This document shows positions 1-10,604 of a stretch of DNA of 61,280 bases, piece after piece. The number at the start of each line of letters is the position of its first letter. Position 1 is the stretch's first letter. The notes below the pieces were generated by a model. The model saw only the letters and a list, made by a program, of their open reading frames with translations. It ran no database searches and was not told where the DNA came from. Origin of the DNA: an uncultured delta proteobacterium (GTDB taxonomy: Bacteria; Desulfobacterota; Binatia; Bin18); NCBI GenBank assembly GCA_963733195.1, contig CAVTCR010000029.1:1-61280 (forward strand), given 5' to 3'. Both the position numbers and the translations under genes were made by a program.

Positions 1-533
1 CGCCGCAGCTGCCGGGTTTATTCGCGAGGCTCGTGATAGCCGGGATGGAAGTACCCATTGCCAACCTCTCGTTCGTTGGTAGTGAGGCGATGTTGCAACT
101 CTTGCAAGACGCAAGCAAAGCACGGGGGAAAGATTATACGGCGAATCTCATTACCTCACAGGTTGTTCCCAGTTACGAGGACATGACGATTCCCGCGGTT
201 CGGCAGTATCGCGAGATGATGGACCGCTACAATCCGCTTCCTCCACAACATCTTGTCACAGCGACCGCACAACCCTTCCGCTATAGCTTCACCAGTTTCG
301 AGGGATTCCTTAACGCCAAGCTCCTTACCGAAATCCTCCACGGCATAGGAGAGCACCCCTCACGAACTTCACTCAAAGCCTTCGTAGAAACGATTCGCGG
401 CTACGACATTGGGGTCTCCAGTGTCGTGTCCTTCGGTCCAGAGCGGCACCAAGGTCTTGACGATGTCTATTATACGACCGTGCAGGATGGCCATTTCGTC
501 CCCATTACGGATTGGCAACGGTGGCAAAGATGA
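1..533 (+). CDS. Periplasmic/ABC substrate-binding protein (PBP1, LivJ-like), C-terminal part, truncated by window start
   Basis: ORF 33..533 (ANLSFVGSE, SFEGFLNAKL, VSFGPERHQG). The upstream frame reads AAGFIREARD, so one indel lies near 35. Stop overlaps the next ATG (ATGA at 530-533). Confidence 0.7.
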   Translation, partial: PQLPGLFARLVIAGMEVPIANLSFVGSEAMLQLLQDASKARGKDYTANLITSQVVPSYEDMTIPAVRQYREMMDRYNPLPPQHLVTATAQPFRYSFTSFEGFLNAKLLTEILHGIGEHPSRTSLKAFVETIRGYDIGVSSVVSFGPERHQGLDDVYYTTVQDGHFVPITDWQRWQR

Positions 534-2058
534 AACGGACCAAGCTCTTTCACAAAACCCTCCTGCTGATGGTCATCCTCTTCGGAGTCATTGCGACAGC
601 CACCTCGGTCCTTTCTGCCTGGAATCTCTACCAACACCTAACGACAGAGTACCGTAGCAAAGGGATGGCCCTGGCGAAAATTGTTGCCGACGAGAATGTC
701 GAGTCGTTGTTCAATGCTTCGGCGGCCACCCTGCAAGCAACGATTGACCAATTTCTCAGCATCGAAGGCGTCGCGTATGTGTTTGTGGTCGATGCCGAGC
801 GAACGATCCTGGCCCATACATTTGTCCCACAGGTCCCACGGCAGATTCCTCTCCTCAGAGACGCTTCGCGAGAGATCGTCGTCCGAGATGTGACGATTAA
901 GGGCATTGGCGATGTCATCGACGTTGCGGCTCCGGTCTTGGTTGGGGTGGCCGGATATGTCCATATCGGCATGGACAAAGCGATCATTCGCTCTGCTATA
1001 TGGTCAGCGATTCTCAAGCAGCAGCTCTTACTACTGGTGATTTTTTTCTTCAGCATTGCGCTTGCCAATCTCATGGTCAAACGAATTTCTCGCCCGCTTG
1101 ATCAGTTTACGGCTCACGTCTCCCGCTTGGCGACGCACGATTTTTCCACCCCGGTTGCAGGACAGGCGGAAGTGGCGCTGCTCGCGCAGAAGTCCACCGA
1201 TGAGATTGGTGAACTGGCCACTGCCTTTCTCTCCCTCGAAAGTGCACTGCAACAGTCGATTGCCCATCTGAAAGAGACTACTGCCGCCAAAGAACGGATC
1301 GAGAGCGAACTCAAAATCGCCCACGATATTCAGATGAGCATTTTGCCCCGCATCTTCCCCCCTTTTCCACAGCGCACGGAATTTGAACTCCATGCCACCA
1401 TCGAACCGGCGCGTGAAGTCGGAGGAGATTTTTACGATTTCTTTCTTGTTGATGATGACCACCTCTGCTTCGCGATTGGTGATGTCTCCGGGAAAGGCGT
1501 ACCAGCCTCGCTTTTTATGGCGATCACAAAAACATTATGGCGAGTCGCGGTCGCTCATCAATACCGACCGGACCTTGTCCTCACTATGCTGAACAACGAA
1601 CTTTGTCAGGGTAATGAGTCCTGCATGTTTGTGACCGTCTTCTGCGGCGTCCTGCATCTCCGCACGGGTGAGATTCAGTATAGTAACGGTGGTCATAATC
1701 TCCCCTATCGGCTTTCTCGACACGGAGCGCCCAGAGCGTGGAAAACACCGGCGGCATGGCGTTGGCGTGATGGAGACTACGAAGTATGCGATGAAAACCC
1801 TGTCAGCTCCACACTAGCGAGGGATTGTTTCTCTATACGGATGGGGTCACAGAAGCGATGGATGCCGATGGAAATTTATTCTCGGAGAACCGTTGCAATC
1901 GAGTCTCCAGCGCGACCAGGGTCCTCCGCCCAATGGAGGTGATTCGTCGCACGCTGGACGAGGTCAAGAAATTCGTTGCTGGGGCGGAACAGAGCGATGA
2001 TATCACGACCCTCGCCATTCGCTATCTCCAACCGAACGGGAGCGGGGACATCGCATGA
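530..2058 (+). CDS. Membrane HAMP + PP2C/SpoIIE (RsbU-like) serine phosphatase, frameshifted near 1735-1825
   Basis: Two TM segments and a HAMP motif (DEIGELA). PP2C motifs EVGGDFYD, IGDVSGKG, NGGH; LYTDGVTEA and QSDDIT continue in ORF 1825..2058. Confidence 0.88.
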
Positions 2059-2491
2059 CCGCCACACTCGCCGTCTCATTCAAGAACCAACTCGCGGAGA
2101 TTGAACGGTTAGGGACAGTCCTGACTGCTTTTGCCCAACAACAGGGATGGTCGTCGCAGTTCCTGTTCGAGACCAATATCGCGCTCGAAGAGCTACTCAC
2201 CAATATCATTTCGTATGGGTATGAGGATGAACAGGAGCAGACCATCGCGTTGCGTTTATCCGATGCTATGCACGAATTGACAGTAGAGATGGAGGACGAT
2301 GGACGCCCATTTAATCCGCTAGAAAAACCGACCCCGATGTCACGTTACCACTCGAAGAGCGGGAAGTAGGAGGGCTTGGGATCTACCTCGTACGGCAATT
2401 TATGACCGACCTGGCCTATCAGCGCGCCGAAGGAAAAAACCGCATTATGCTCAAGAAGAAGCATGAACGCAGACAGGCAAAGAATGCTTAG
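2055..2491 (+). CDS. Anti-sigma factor / RsbW-like serine kinase (HATPase_c_2), frameshifted near 2330
   Basis: LEELLTNIISYGY and EDDGRPFNP; the shifted frame continues PDVTLPLEEREVGGLGIYLVRQFM to TAG at 2489-2491. Confidence 0.85.
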
Positions 2492-2645
2492 CCATGTGGC
2501 TTTCTCTCAAACGACTCGCTCTTGGCTTCCTCTTACTCATAGTGACATCAAGCCTCTTACTGGACGAGACCGCTGCCCGGATGTTGCAACGGGTGTATGT
2601 GTAAGGAGCACGCATAGAGGTTTCCTAAATCATTTGTGACAAGCG

Positions 2646-2745
2646 CCGTTCATGCTTCGACTTCATTCTACGGGTTACGCTCAGGACGAGCGGTTTCAGT
2701 GCCCGTTCGTGCTGAGCGTAGCGAAGGAAGTCAAAGGGTGGACAG
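2646..2745. repeat. REP-like palindromic element pair (CCGTTCATGCTTCGAC / CCGTTCGTGCTGAGCG family)
   Basis: Inverted pair, similar to the element at 36553-36643. Confidence 0.65.
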
Positions 2746-2856
2746 AGATCTTTACGACCCTCTTGTTTAGATTTATTGTGGCGAACCCTATCCTCAGTGA
2801 CGAGGAATGAGTAAAAATTTGGCCCTCAGCTATTATCAGGGGCGGAGGCTTAGACT

Positions 2857-3189
2857 ATGGAAATTACAGAGCGGAGAACGGAGGATATTGTTACGCTGAG
2901 CCTATCTGGAAAACTGGACACGACAACCGCGAAGATATTTGAGGCGAAAATTCTCGCCCAAATAGAATCGGGCGACCGCCGTTTCATAATCGACCTTGCA
3001 CAGCTGGATTATATCAGCAGCGCAGGCCTGCGTGTGTTCGTCTTTGCGGCCAAGCGTCTCAATAGCGCGAACGGCAAGATCGTGTTGTGCTCGCTTAAGG
3101 ATCCGGTCAGAGAAGTGTTCGACATAGCCGGGTTTTCGTCTATTTTTCCCGTTTACGGCTCACACGACGAGGCGATTAGAAGCCTTTAG
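2857..3189 (+). CDS. STAS domain anti-sigma factor antagonist (RsbV/SpoIIAA-like)
   Basis: LSGKLD, DLAQLDYISSAGLR (phosphoacceptor Ser motif), VFDIAGF; RBS GGAGG upstream. Confidence 0.92.
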   Translation: MEITERRTEDIVTLSLSGKLDTTTAKIFEAKILAQIESGDRRFIIDLAQLDYISSAGLRVFVFAAKRLNSANGKIVLCSLKDPVREVFDIAGFSSIFPVYGSHDEAIRSL

Positions 3190-3277
3190 CCGTAAACTAT
3201 GAGTGCTTTACAATCCAAATCCGAGATAAGCCGGCTCGGCAACATCGCCGTTATTCGCTCAAGGAAGGGGCCGCTAG

Positions 3278-4645
3278 GTGGAGAGCATGCATAAGGGGGC
3301 GACGCTCAGAAATGCTCTCAGCAGGTGGTTGCCCAGCCTTGAGGTATGGCGACCCGGTTGGATTCTCACCGCCGGTTCTCTAGCCATCACGACCGCTCTC
3401 TGGACCGCTGCCCGATTCTCAAGTGGGATTCCGCCCGGCTTCTGGCCCTGGCGCGGGCTTTCTCAGCTCACCGTACTGTGGTCGGTTACTCTAATGGCGA
3501 TCGCCATGCTCGCGGTTGTCCGCGCCCATGCCTTAGAGCCGGTTTTTGGCGGTCTCGATCGCGCAGTGCGTTTCCATAAAATCCTCGGGCCATCAGCAAT
3601 CCTGCTCTTGGTCGCACACGTAATTTTCCTGGCTCTGGTAGAATTTGAGAGGGGCACTTCCATCGCCAACCTGTTCATCCCGTTCTGGTCGGAGTCGGCG
3701 CGTTCGATCGATATTCTCGTCTTCTATCTGCTTTTGCTGCTTGGCGGCCTTGCCTATGATCGCCGCATGAGCCATGAGCGCTGGCTGTCGGTCCACCGGA
3801 TAACCGGCCTCGTTTTTCTCGGCGGCGCCGCGCACGCAGCCATGGAACCTGGAACGATTGCCGACTTCGAGCCGTTGAGGACGTGGATGGTGATTCTAAT
3901 GCTGGCCGGTGGAGCCGCGTGGCTCTATCGAGTCGTACTGTTTAACCGGCTTGGACCACGCTATCCCTACCGTCTCGAAACGGTTGTTCCGCACCAGAGC
4001 AATATCATCGATCTTGTAATGCGCCCGGTCGACCGGCGTATGATGTACGAGCCCGGTACTTTTGTCTTTCTGCGCGTTCCCGATATGGAAGGTCAGCAGA
4101 AAGAACTTCATCCTTTTTCCATCTCCTCGTCACCGGTGGATCGGGATCTGCGCTTGTCTATCCGGACAGTCGGAGATTTCACGCGCCGGTTACCCTCGCT
4201 CAAATCCGGGACGCACCTAGAGGTCTACGGCCCGTTTGGCGGGTTCACTTCCCACCGCTTCGCTCCTTTCCGCCGGCTCGTCTGTATCGGCGCGGGCATT
4301 GGTATCACGCCGTTCCTCGGTATGCTCGCTTTTGAACTTAGTAATCGCGATTTCCGGCGAATCTGGCTCTACTACGTCGTCCGCGACGATCAGGACGCGG
4401 TCTATGACTCGGAAATCCGCGAGAGTTATTTGGAGGCGGAGTCGTATATCGACTATTCGCTGTGGCCAACGGCGCACCGTGGGAGAATTACTGCGGCTCA
4501 GGTCGCAGCTGAGATCGCGCCCTTGGAAGGCTATGCGGTGATGCTGTGCGGCCAACTCAGGTTCGTTTCGGACCTGGCCCGACAGTTCCGGGCGCTCGGC
4601 TTACCGCTTGACCGGATTATCACCGAAGAGTTGGAATTCCGCTAA
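3278..4645 (+). CDS. Ferric reductase-like transmembrane protein with FAD/NAD-binding domain
   Basis: TM helices with paired His; HPFSISS, GPFG, GAGIGITPF and MLCG motifs. Confidence 0.85.
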   Translation: MESMHKGATLRNALSRWLPSLEVWRPGWILTAGSLAITTALWTAARFSSGIPPGFWPWRGLSQLTVLWSVTLMAIAMLAVVRAHALEPVFGGLDRAVRFHKILGPSAILLLVAHVIFLALVEFERGTSIANLFIPFWSESARSIDILVFYLLLLLGGLAYDRRMSHERWLSVHRITGLVFLGGAAHAAMEPGTIADFEPLRTWMVILMLAGGAAWLYRVVLFNRLGPRYPYRLETVVPHQSNIIDLVMRPVDRRMMYEPGTFVFLRVPDMEGQQKELHPFSISSSPVDRDLRLSIRTVGDFTRRLPSLKSGTHLEVYGPFGGFTSHRFAPFRRLVCIGAGIGITPFLGMLAFELSNRDFRRIWLYYVVRDDQDAVYDSEIRESYLEAESYIDYSLWPTAHRGRITAAQVAAEIAPLEGYAVMLCGQLRFVSDLARQFRALGLPLDRIITEELEFR

Positions 4646-4989
4646 TTGTCTGAAGCCGAATGACGGGGCAAAAGCGGTTCTGTCGGGTCTATGACGAGGG
4701 GCGCCATTTCTTTCGCCCACGATCCCTGCGCAATGAAGCGGTAGCATTGGCTTGGCAACGGACCTTGCCTCTGGGCCGGATGCGAGTTCTCTTGGCGACG
4801 TTAACGCTGGCATAAGGAGTCGCTCAGAAGAGAGAGATTGTCCTGTCCCACATCGTTGGCCTGAAAGTTGACAGAACCTGCACGGGAGCAAGCAAGAGAA
4901 GTCCGTAATCTTTCCCAGTACTAGAATGGCGCTAACAACTTGCTAGTATGCTGCGCAGGTTACCGCAAATCACTGATGGGAGGTCTCAT

Positions 4990-5544
4990 ATGACATTCAT
5001 TCATTACCGTTTCGTACCCGTGTTGTTGCTTATCATCGCCCTGACGTTGCCCCAGGCTCCGGTACCAAGTAATGCCGCAACTGACGCTCCGGCAGTCGGT
5101 TCTCCGGCTCCAGATTTCAACCTCACAACCAATGAGGGTAAGCCAGCAAGCTTGAAGGAGTACCGGGGCAAATGGGTAGTTCTCTACTTCTACCCGAAAG
5201 ACTTCACCAGCGGCTGTACACTGGAAGCGCGTAATTTCCAGCAGGATGCAGCGAAATACGAACAACTGAATGCGGTGATCCTTGGTGTTAGTGTCGATAC
5301 CGCTGAGTCACACAAAGACTTCTGCGCAAAAGAGGGCCTCAGCTTTAAGCTCTTGTCCGACACCGATACCGCAGTCTCAACCAAGTACGGCTCGGTCATG
5401 GAGTACAATGGCGCGAAATTATCAGCGCGGAACACTTTCATCATTGACCCCGAGGGCAAAGTGGCGAAGGTGTTCACAGGAGTCAAGCCAGCGGGCCATA
5501 GTGAAGAGGTGCTGAGTGCCTTAGCTGGCTTACAGAAGCGTTAG
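4990..5544 (+). CDS. Peroxiredoxin, BCP/PrxQ family, with N-terminal signal-like segment
   Basis: YFYPKDFTSGCTLEA, GVSVD, RNTFIIDPEG; GGGAGG RBS before ATG 4990. Confidence 0.88.
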   Translation: MTFIHYRFVPVLLLIIALTLPQAPVPSNAATDAPAVGSPAPDFNLTTNEGKPASLKEYRGKWVVLYFYPKDFTSGCTLEARNFQQDAAKYEQLNAVILGVSVDTAESHKDFCAKEGLSFKLLSDTDTAVSTKYGSVMEYNGAKLSARNTFIIDPEGKVAKVFTGVKPAGHSEEVLSALAGLQKR

Positions 5545-5551
5545 GAACCCT

Positions 5552-7021
5552 GTGAAAGTTGAGGCAGAGCTGACCGCCAAGGATTATGAAGCATTCTTCC
5601 TGATTGCGACCCGCAGAGCTTTTGCAGGAGGGGGCACTTATAGGGTGGGGGTGCGCTATTGGCTAATATTCACCCTCGGTTTCGTAGCCTGGATTGCCTT
5701 TGGCTTCCTTTTCCCATCTTTCTTCCACAGCTCTTCTTTGACTCAAGCGTTTGTGCTGCTTGCTGCGTATATTGCTTTCTCTATTTTTTGGCGTAGACGT
5801 TCCCGACGGGCAATGTCCCCAGAACCAGGAGGCGTATTACTCGGATCACACACCTTTTCACTCACCCCAGAGGGTTTTGAGGATCGCGGCACTTTTTCCT
5901 ACTCGCTTACCAAATGGCCAGCAGTGCGAGCGATTGAAGAAACACCCGAGCACCTTTTCGTGTTCATTGATAAGACTGCGGCCCACATCGTTCCTAAGCG
6001 ATGTTTTCCGCATCCAGAAGATTACGACGTATTTTTGCAAGGGTTACGAGAACACATTCCTTCCTCATCCGGTGTCACAGAAACGGCAACACTCTCCCGA
6101 ACCGGAACGTGGCGATTGATGCCCCTCGCTGCTCTCAGCTTGGCCGTCATCCTTCTCACCACTCTCCTTTTATCAAGAACACTCCCTTGGCAAGCATCGC
6201 GCAATCATGAAGATACCACCGAAGATATATCCGATAAGGATTGGGAAGAAGGAGAGGATTTGCTCTACTCCCAGATGGCACTCGTTGAAAAGCAAATCTC
6301 AGCTCTTTTGTCAGAACGTCCCGGAGTGATTGACTCCTATTTTGTCGGGTTCGGGAGTGACGCTGATCAAGACGTCTTCATGAAGGAAGTGCTCTACGCG
6401 CGGCAATTATTTGATCGACTGTATGATACGCGCGGGAGATCAATTGCACTGATTAATAACCCAAAGACCAAGAAAGAATTCCCACTTGCCTCGTTCACGA
6501 ATCTGCGGATCACGTTGCAACACCTTGGTCGGCGACTGAACTCGGAAGAAGACATCTTGTTTCTTTTTCTCACCAGCCACGGGTCACAAGACCATGTCCT
6601 TTCAGTCGATTACTGGCCATTGCCGTTAAAGGGAATTTCCTCAACTGCACTTGCCGGAATGCTTGAAGAGTCTGGTATCAAGTGGAGGGTCATCATCATC
6701 TCTGCTTGTTATTCAGGGGGGTTCATCGACGAGCTAAAGAACGACCATACGCTGATTATCACGTCGTCATCTGCAACTCGCCCCTCGTTTGGCTGCGGAA
6801 AAGCGGATGAGCTCACTTATTTTGGCAAAGCGTTCTTTAAGGACCAACTGAATAAAAGAATAGGCATCCTTCAAGCATTTTCGGGCGCAGTAACGCTTAT
6901 CCAACAGCGAGAAGCCGCACGAAAATTGGAGGCATCCGGTCCTCAGCTCTCCTCGTCTCCGGCAATCAACGACAAGTTAAGAAACCTCGAAGCACGACTA
7001 GCGGTCAGCAAACCTCACTGA
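5552..7021 (+). CDS. YcxB-like membrane domain fused to C13 family (legumain-like) cysteine peptidase
   Basis: N-terminal 2 TM segments plus W..ETPEHLFVF..AHIVPKR (YcxB-like). C-terminal QDVFMKEV, LTSHGS (catalytic His), ISACYSG (catalytic Cys), SFGC. Confidence 0.75.
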   Translation: MKVEAELTAKDYEAFFLIATRRAFAGGGTYRVGVRYWLIFTLGFVAWIAFGFLFPSFFHSSSLTQAFVLLAAYIAFSIFWRRRSRRAMSPEPGGVLLGSHTFSLTPEGFEDRGTFSYSLTKWPAVRAIEETPEHLFVFIDKTAAHIVPKRCFPHPEDYDVFLQGLREHIPSSSGVTETATLSRTGTWRLMPLAALSLAVILLTTLLLSRTLPWQASRNHEDTTEDISDKDWEEGEDLLYSQMALVEKQISALLSERPGVIDSYFVGFGSDADQDVFMKEVLYARQLFDRLYDTRGRSIALINNPKTKKEFPLASFTNLRITLQHLGRRLNSEEDILFLFLTSHGSQDHVLSVDYWPLPLKGISSTALAGMLEESGIKWRVIIISACYSGGFIDELKNDHTLIITSSSATRPSFGCGKADELTYFGKAFFKDQLNKRIGILQAFSGAVTLIQQREAARKLEASGPQLSSSPAINDKLRNLEARLAVSKPH

Positions 7022-7157
7022 CGAGCAACCGCGTTAGAGACTGGGCTCATAGCCATTCCGTTTGCTTTTGCTACTCACTGTGGTAGGAGCGGTGACGATG
7101 TTGCTCCCTGGTGGCCTCACCACTGTTCTCGGGCAGCATCGCGCTAAGGAGGGGAGC

Positions 7158-8502
7158 ATGAACGAAACGCCAACGCGTACTCGCTGGCTGATTGTCGCCG
7201 CCGTGTTTTGCATGGGCGTGTTGATGTTCATCGACCGCGTGAACATCTCTATCGCTGGTAAGTACATCATGCCCGAATACGGCCTTACCAATGTACAAAT
7301 GGGCTCGATCTTCAGTGCCTTTGTTTTAGGTTATGCGCTGCTACAAATTCCTGGTGGCTGGCTCGGTGACCGCTTCGGTCCACGTCCAGTGTTGGCTGGA
7401 GCAATTTGCTGGTGGTCGGCGTTTACTGCATTGACAGCAATCGCAGGTGATTTCTTCTTGGCCTCATTACTTGGCATCGTCGGCTCTTTCATGGTGGTGC
7501 GTGCGTTGATCGGCATCGGCGAAGCGGCTGGTCCGCCAAACTACAACCGCCTTGTCGCCAATTGGGTTGCTCCAGAAGAGCGTGGCCTCGCAATGGGCAT
7601 TGCGACCAGTGGTAGTGCGCTTGGTGCCGCGCTAACACCACCACTGATTGTGTGGATCATGGTCACTTGGGGTTGGCGCGCGGCGTTCTACATCGCTGGA
7701 GCCGCAGGCATTCTGCTGGCGCTGGCAGTGTATTGCGTTCATTACTGATCGACCAGCGGATCACTCGTGGGTCAATGCCGCCGAACTCCATCGTATTACT
7801 AAGAACGCACCAGTCGCACCAAGCAAAGCCCAACCGACTGGTCCAGTGCCGTGGCGGGCATTGCTGGGACGCGCAGATTTATGGTTGCTCACCGCTGCCT
7901 ACTTTGTACTCGGCTACATCATGTACATCTACTTCTCATGGTTCTACTTGTACCTCACTGACGTGCGCGGTTTTTCTGTTTTGAAAGGTGGCTGGTACAG
8001 CACTGCTCCGTTTCTCGCCGGAGCGATTACCGCGCCACTCGGTGGTTGGCTCTCTGATGCACTGGGCAAACGATGTGGCAAGCGCATCGGCCGCTGTGGC
8101 GTCGCCTGTGGGGCAATGATTCTCACTTCCTGTTTTATCTGGCTAGGAGCATCAGCCGCTGATCCATACATGGCTATTCTCTTCCTGTCCTTGGGCTCGG
8201 GCTCGCTCTTTCTGAGTACCGCAGCGTTCTGGGCAACAACCATGGATCTTGCCAGCAAATATGCCGGCACCGTCTCCGGCTTCATGAACATGGGCGGCAA
8301 TCTTGGGGGGACACTCTCCCCTACCCTGACGCCGTATATCGCTGAGCGCTACGGCTGGGAAACTGCACTCTATGTCGCTGCGGTGTTGGCCATCCTCGGC
8401 ATGTTTTGTTGGCTTGGCGTGCATCCTGAGCGAGCGATTGATCTGGAGGAGCGCGAGACCGCACATCCACTTGCATCTGCGGCGATTGCTGGGCAGAAGT
8501 AA
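7158..8502 (+). CDS. MFS transporter (anion:cation symporter-like), frameshifted near 7740
   Basis: IDRVNISIA, GGWLGDRFGPR, ERGLAMG; continues in ORF 7648..8502 (GTVSGFMNMGGNLGG). Confidence 0.85.
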
Positions 8503-8534
8503 CAAAAGACGGCATAAGCGCGACACGCCGGATG

Positions 8535-8731
8535 TGTCACCCTGACCCCTTCGACAAACTCAGGATAAACTCCGTGAAGGGTCTCTCAGAAAGATTCTTC
8601 GCGAAGCCTGTCCTGAGCGTACCCTGAGTCCTGAGCTTGTCGAAGGATCGAAGGGGGAGTCGAAGGGCTCAGAATGACATTTCTGTAATGTCGCATCGTA
8701 AAACGTACGAATAACCTACGTTCTGATTTAG
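8535..8731. repeat. Nested REP-like element (TGTCACCCTGA...TCAGAATGACA shell with CCTGAGCTTGTCGAAGG inserts) plus MITE-like right end
   Basis: Palindromic shell matches 30818-30877. The right flank CGTAAAACGTACGAAT..TCTGATTTAG matches the terminal repeats at 27215 and 36499. Confidence 0.65.
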
Positions 8732-8752
8732 AAATCACAAAAGGAGGTCATT

Positions 8753-9604
8753 ATGAAAGTTGGAGTTTTTCTTCTGCCATCACAAGAGTCAGCCGATCCT
8801 GCTGTTGTTGCCAAGCGCGCTGAAGAGCTAGGCTTTGCGTCGTTCTGGGTACCAGAACACGCAGTGTTGCCGGTACACTACAGCTCAAAATATCCAGGGA
8901 CTCCAGATGGCCGCATTCCACCGGCAGTTGGGGTTATTGCTGATCCGTTTGTTGCACTCGCCCGTGCCTCGGCCACTACGACCAAGATTCAGCTCGGCAC
9001 CGGAGTCTGTCTGGTCCCGGAGCGGAATCCATTAGTCATGGCAAAAGAGATCGCCACGCTCGATCACTTCTCTGGTGGACGCTTCCTGTTTGGCATCGGA
9101 GCCGGATGGTTGAAAGAAGAAAGTGAAATTATGGGCGCGGATTTCCAACACCGCTGGACCCAAACCCGTGACGCGATTTACGCGATGAAAGAACTGTGGA
9201 CCAAAGAGGAATCTGCGTATTACGGGTCGTACTACAATTTCCCTGCCGTGCGCTCGTTCCCCAAACCCGCGCAAAAGCCGCACCCACCAGTGCTGCTGGG
9301 TGGCTCATCAAAGTATGTCTACAAACGCGTCGCTGAGTGGGGCGATGGTTGGCTACCAACCGGCATGAAGATAGACAAGATTCAGGAAGGTTGGGCTACG
9401 ATCACTGACCTTGCGCAAAAGAAGGGGCGTGATCCTAAGTCACTGACACTGATTGTCTTCGGTGCTCCAGGACAGTTCCGCACGCGCGAAGACCTGAAGC
9501 CGCTCGAAAAAATCGGTGTTACTCATACCACCATTTGGCTCAAGAAGGCAGGAAAGACTGAAGCGGTCGCTGAAGTAGAGGAATTGGCAAAAGCGGTGCT
9601 GTAG
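8753..9604 (+). CDS. LLM class, probably F420-dependent, oxidoreductase
   Basis: AEELGFASFWVPEH, DPFVALA, TLDHFSGGRFLFGIGAGW, FPKPAQKPHPP; RBS AGGAGG. Confidence 0.88.
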   Translation: MKVGVFLLPSQESADPAVVAKRAEELGFASFWVPEHAVLPVHYSSKYPGTPDGRIPPAVGVIADPFVALARASATTTKIQLGTGVCLVPERNPLVMAKEIATLDHFSGGRFLFGIGAGWLKEESEIMGADFQHRWTQTRDAIYAMKELWTKEESAYYGSYYNFPAVRSFPKPAQKPHPPVLLGGSSKYVYKRVAEWGDGWLPTGMKIDKIQEGWATITDLAQKKGRDPKSLTLIVFGAPGQFRTREDLKPLEKIGVTHTTIWLKKAGKTEAVAEVEELAKAVL

Positions 9605-9636
9605 AACGTGGGCTGTGATGCGAGTTCCATGATGCG

Positions 9637-9710
9637 TGAACATAAAACGTAAAGCGACAAACGTAAGAGGGTGGTGGGGTAGTTATTCTTTACGTTTTAC
9701 GTTTTATTCA
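9637..9710. repeat. Heptamer-type tandem repeats (AAACGTA) in inverted arrangement
   Basis: ATAAAACGTAAAGCGACAAACGTAAGA followed by TCTTTACGTTTTACGTTTTAT. Confidence 0.55.
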
Positions 9711-9730
9711 GCAACGAAAGGAGAAAATTC

Positions 9731-10558
9731 ATGGCAGGACTCGTACAAGGAAAAGTTGCACTCGTCACCGGTGGAGGTTCAGGCATTGGACGCGCGACCT
9801 CGCTTATATTTGCCCGAGAAGGTGCAAAGGTCGTAGTTGCTGATATCGTCGTCGCTGGTGGTGAGGAAACCGTACAAATGGTGAAAGCTGCCGGTGGTAA
9901 TGCGATTTTCGTCAAAGCCGATATGAGCAAAGCCGCCGACATCGAAGCGATGGTGAAGAAAACCGTGGATACGTTCGGTCGCCTCGATTGTGCCCACAAC
10001 AACGCCGGCATCGAGGGAACAACGAAAAAGACCTTCGATTACTCAGAAGAAGAATGGGACCGTGTTATCAACATCAACCTCAAAGGTGTGTGGCTGTGCA
10101 TGAAGTATCAGATCCCGCAGATGTTGAAACAAGGCGGTGGCGCGATCGTCAACACAGCTTCTGATGCAGGTTTGCTCGGCGTGCCACAGATGCCCGCCTA
10201 TGTCGCCAGTAAGCACGGCGTTGTCGGACTTACCAAAACTGCTGCTCTCGAATATGCCAAGCAGGGCATTCGTGTAAATGCTGTATGTCCGGGAGTAATC
10301 AAAACCCCGATGGTTGATCGCATTACTGGTTTGCGTCCAGGTCGAGCAGAACGTATGACTGCCGCAGAGCCGATTGGACGAATGGGCAAACCAGAAGAAA
10401 TCGGCGAAGCTGTCGTATGGCTGTGTTCAGACGCCTCGTCGTTTGTCACTGGGTTACCAATGCCGGTTGATGGTGGGATCGCGGCGCAGTATTGGGGAAA
10501 AATGATGAAGGATGAATGCCAAGCTAATATAATTCCCCAACCGCGGAGCGGTGAATAA
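9731..10558 (+). CDS. Short-chain dehydrogenase/reductase (classical SDR)
   Basis: TGGGSGIG, NNAG, YVASK, VNAVCPG. The true end may be near 10492 (after DGGIAAQ) if a stop was miscalled. Confidence 0.9.
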   Translation: MAGLVQGKVALVTGGGSGIGRATSLIFAREGAKVVVADIVVAGGEETVQMVKAAGGNAIFVKADMSKAADIEAMVKKTVDTFGRLDCAHNNAGIEGTTKKTFDYSEEEWDRVININLKGVWLCMKYQIPQMLKQGGGAIVNTASDAGLLGVPQMPAYVASKHGVVGLTKTAALEYAKQGIRVNAVCPGVIKTPMVDRITGLRPGRAERMTAAEPIGRMGKPEEIGEAVVWLCSDASSFVTGLPMPVDGGIAAQYWGKMMKDECQANIIPQPRSGE

Positions 10559-10604
10559 ATGCAGACCGGCCTTTCAAGGCCGGTTAAGATGAAGGGTGGT
10601 TTCT

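Noticed and set aside
10524-10592. ACCGGCCT-TTCA-AGGCCGGT hairpin as a terminator
   Set aside because: No U-tract and it lies between co-oriented genes; probably another repeat, but seen only once here.
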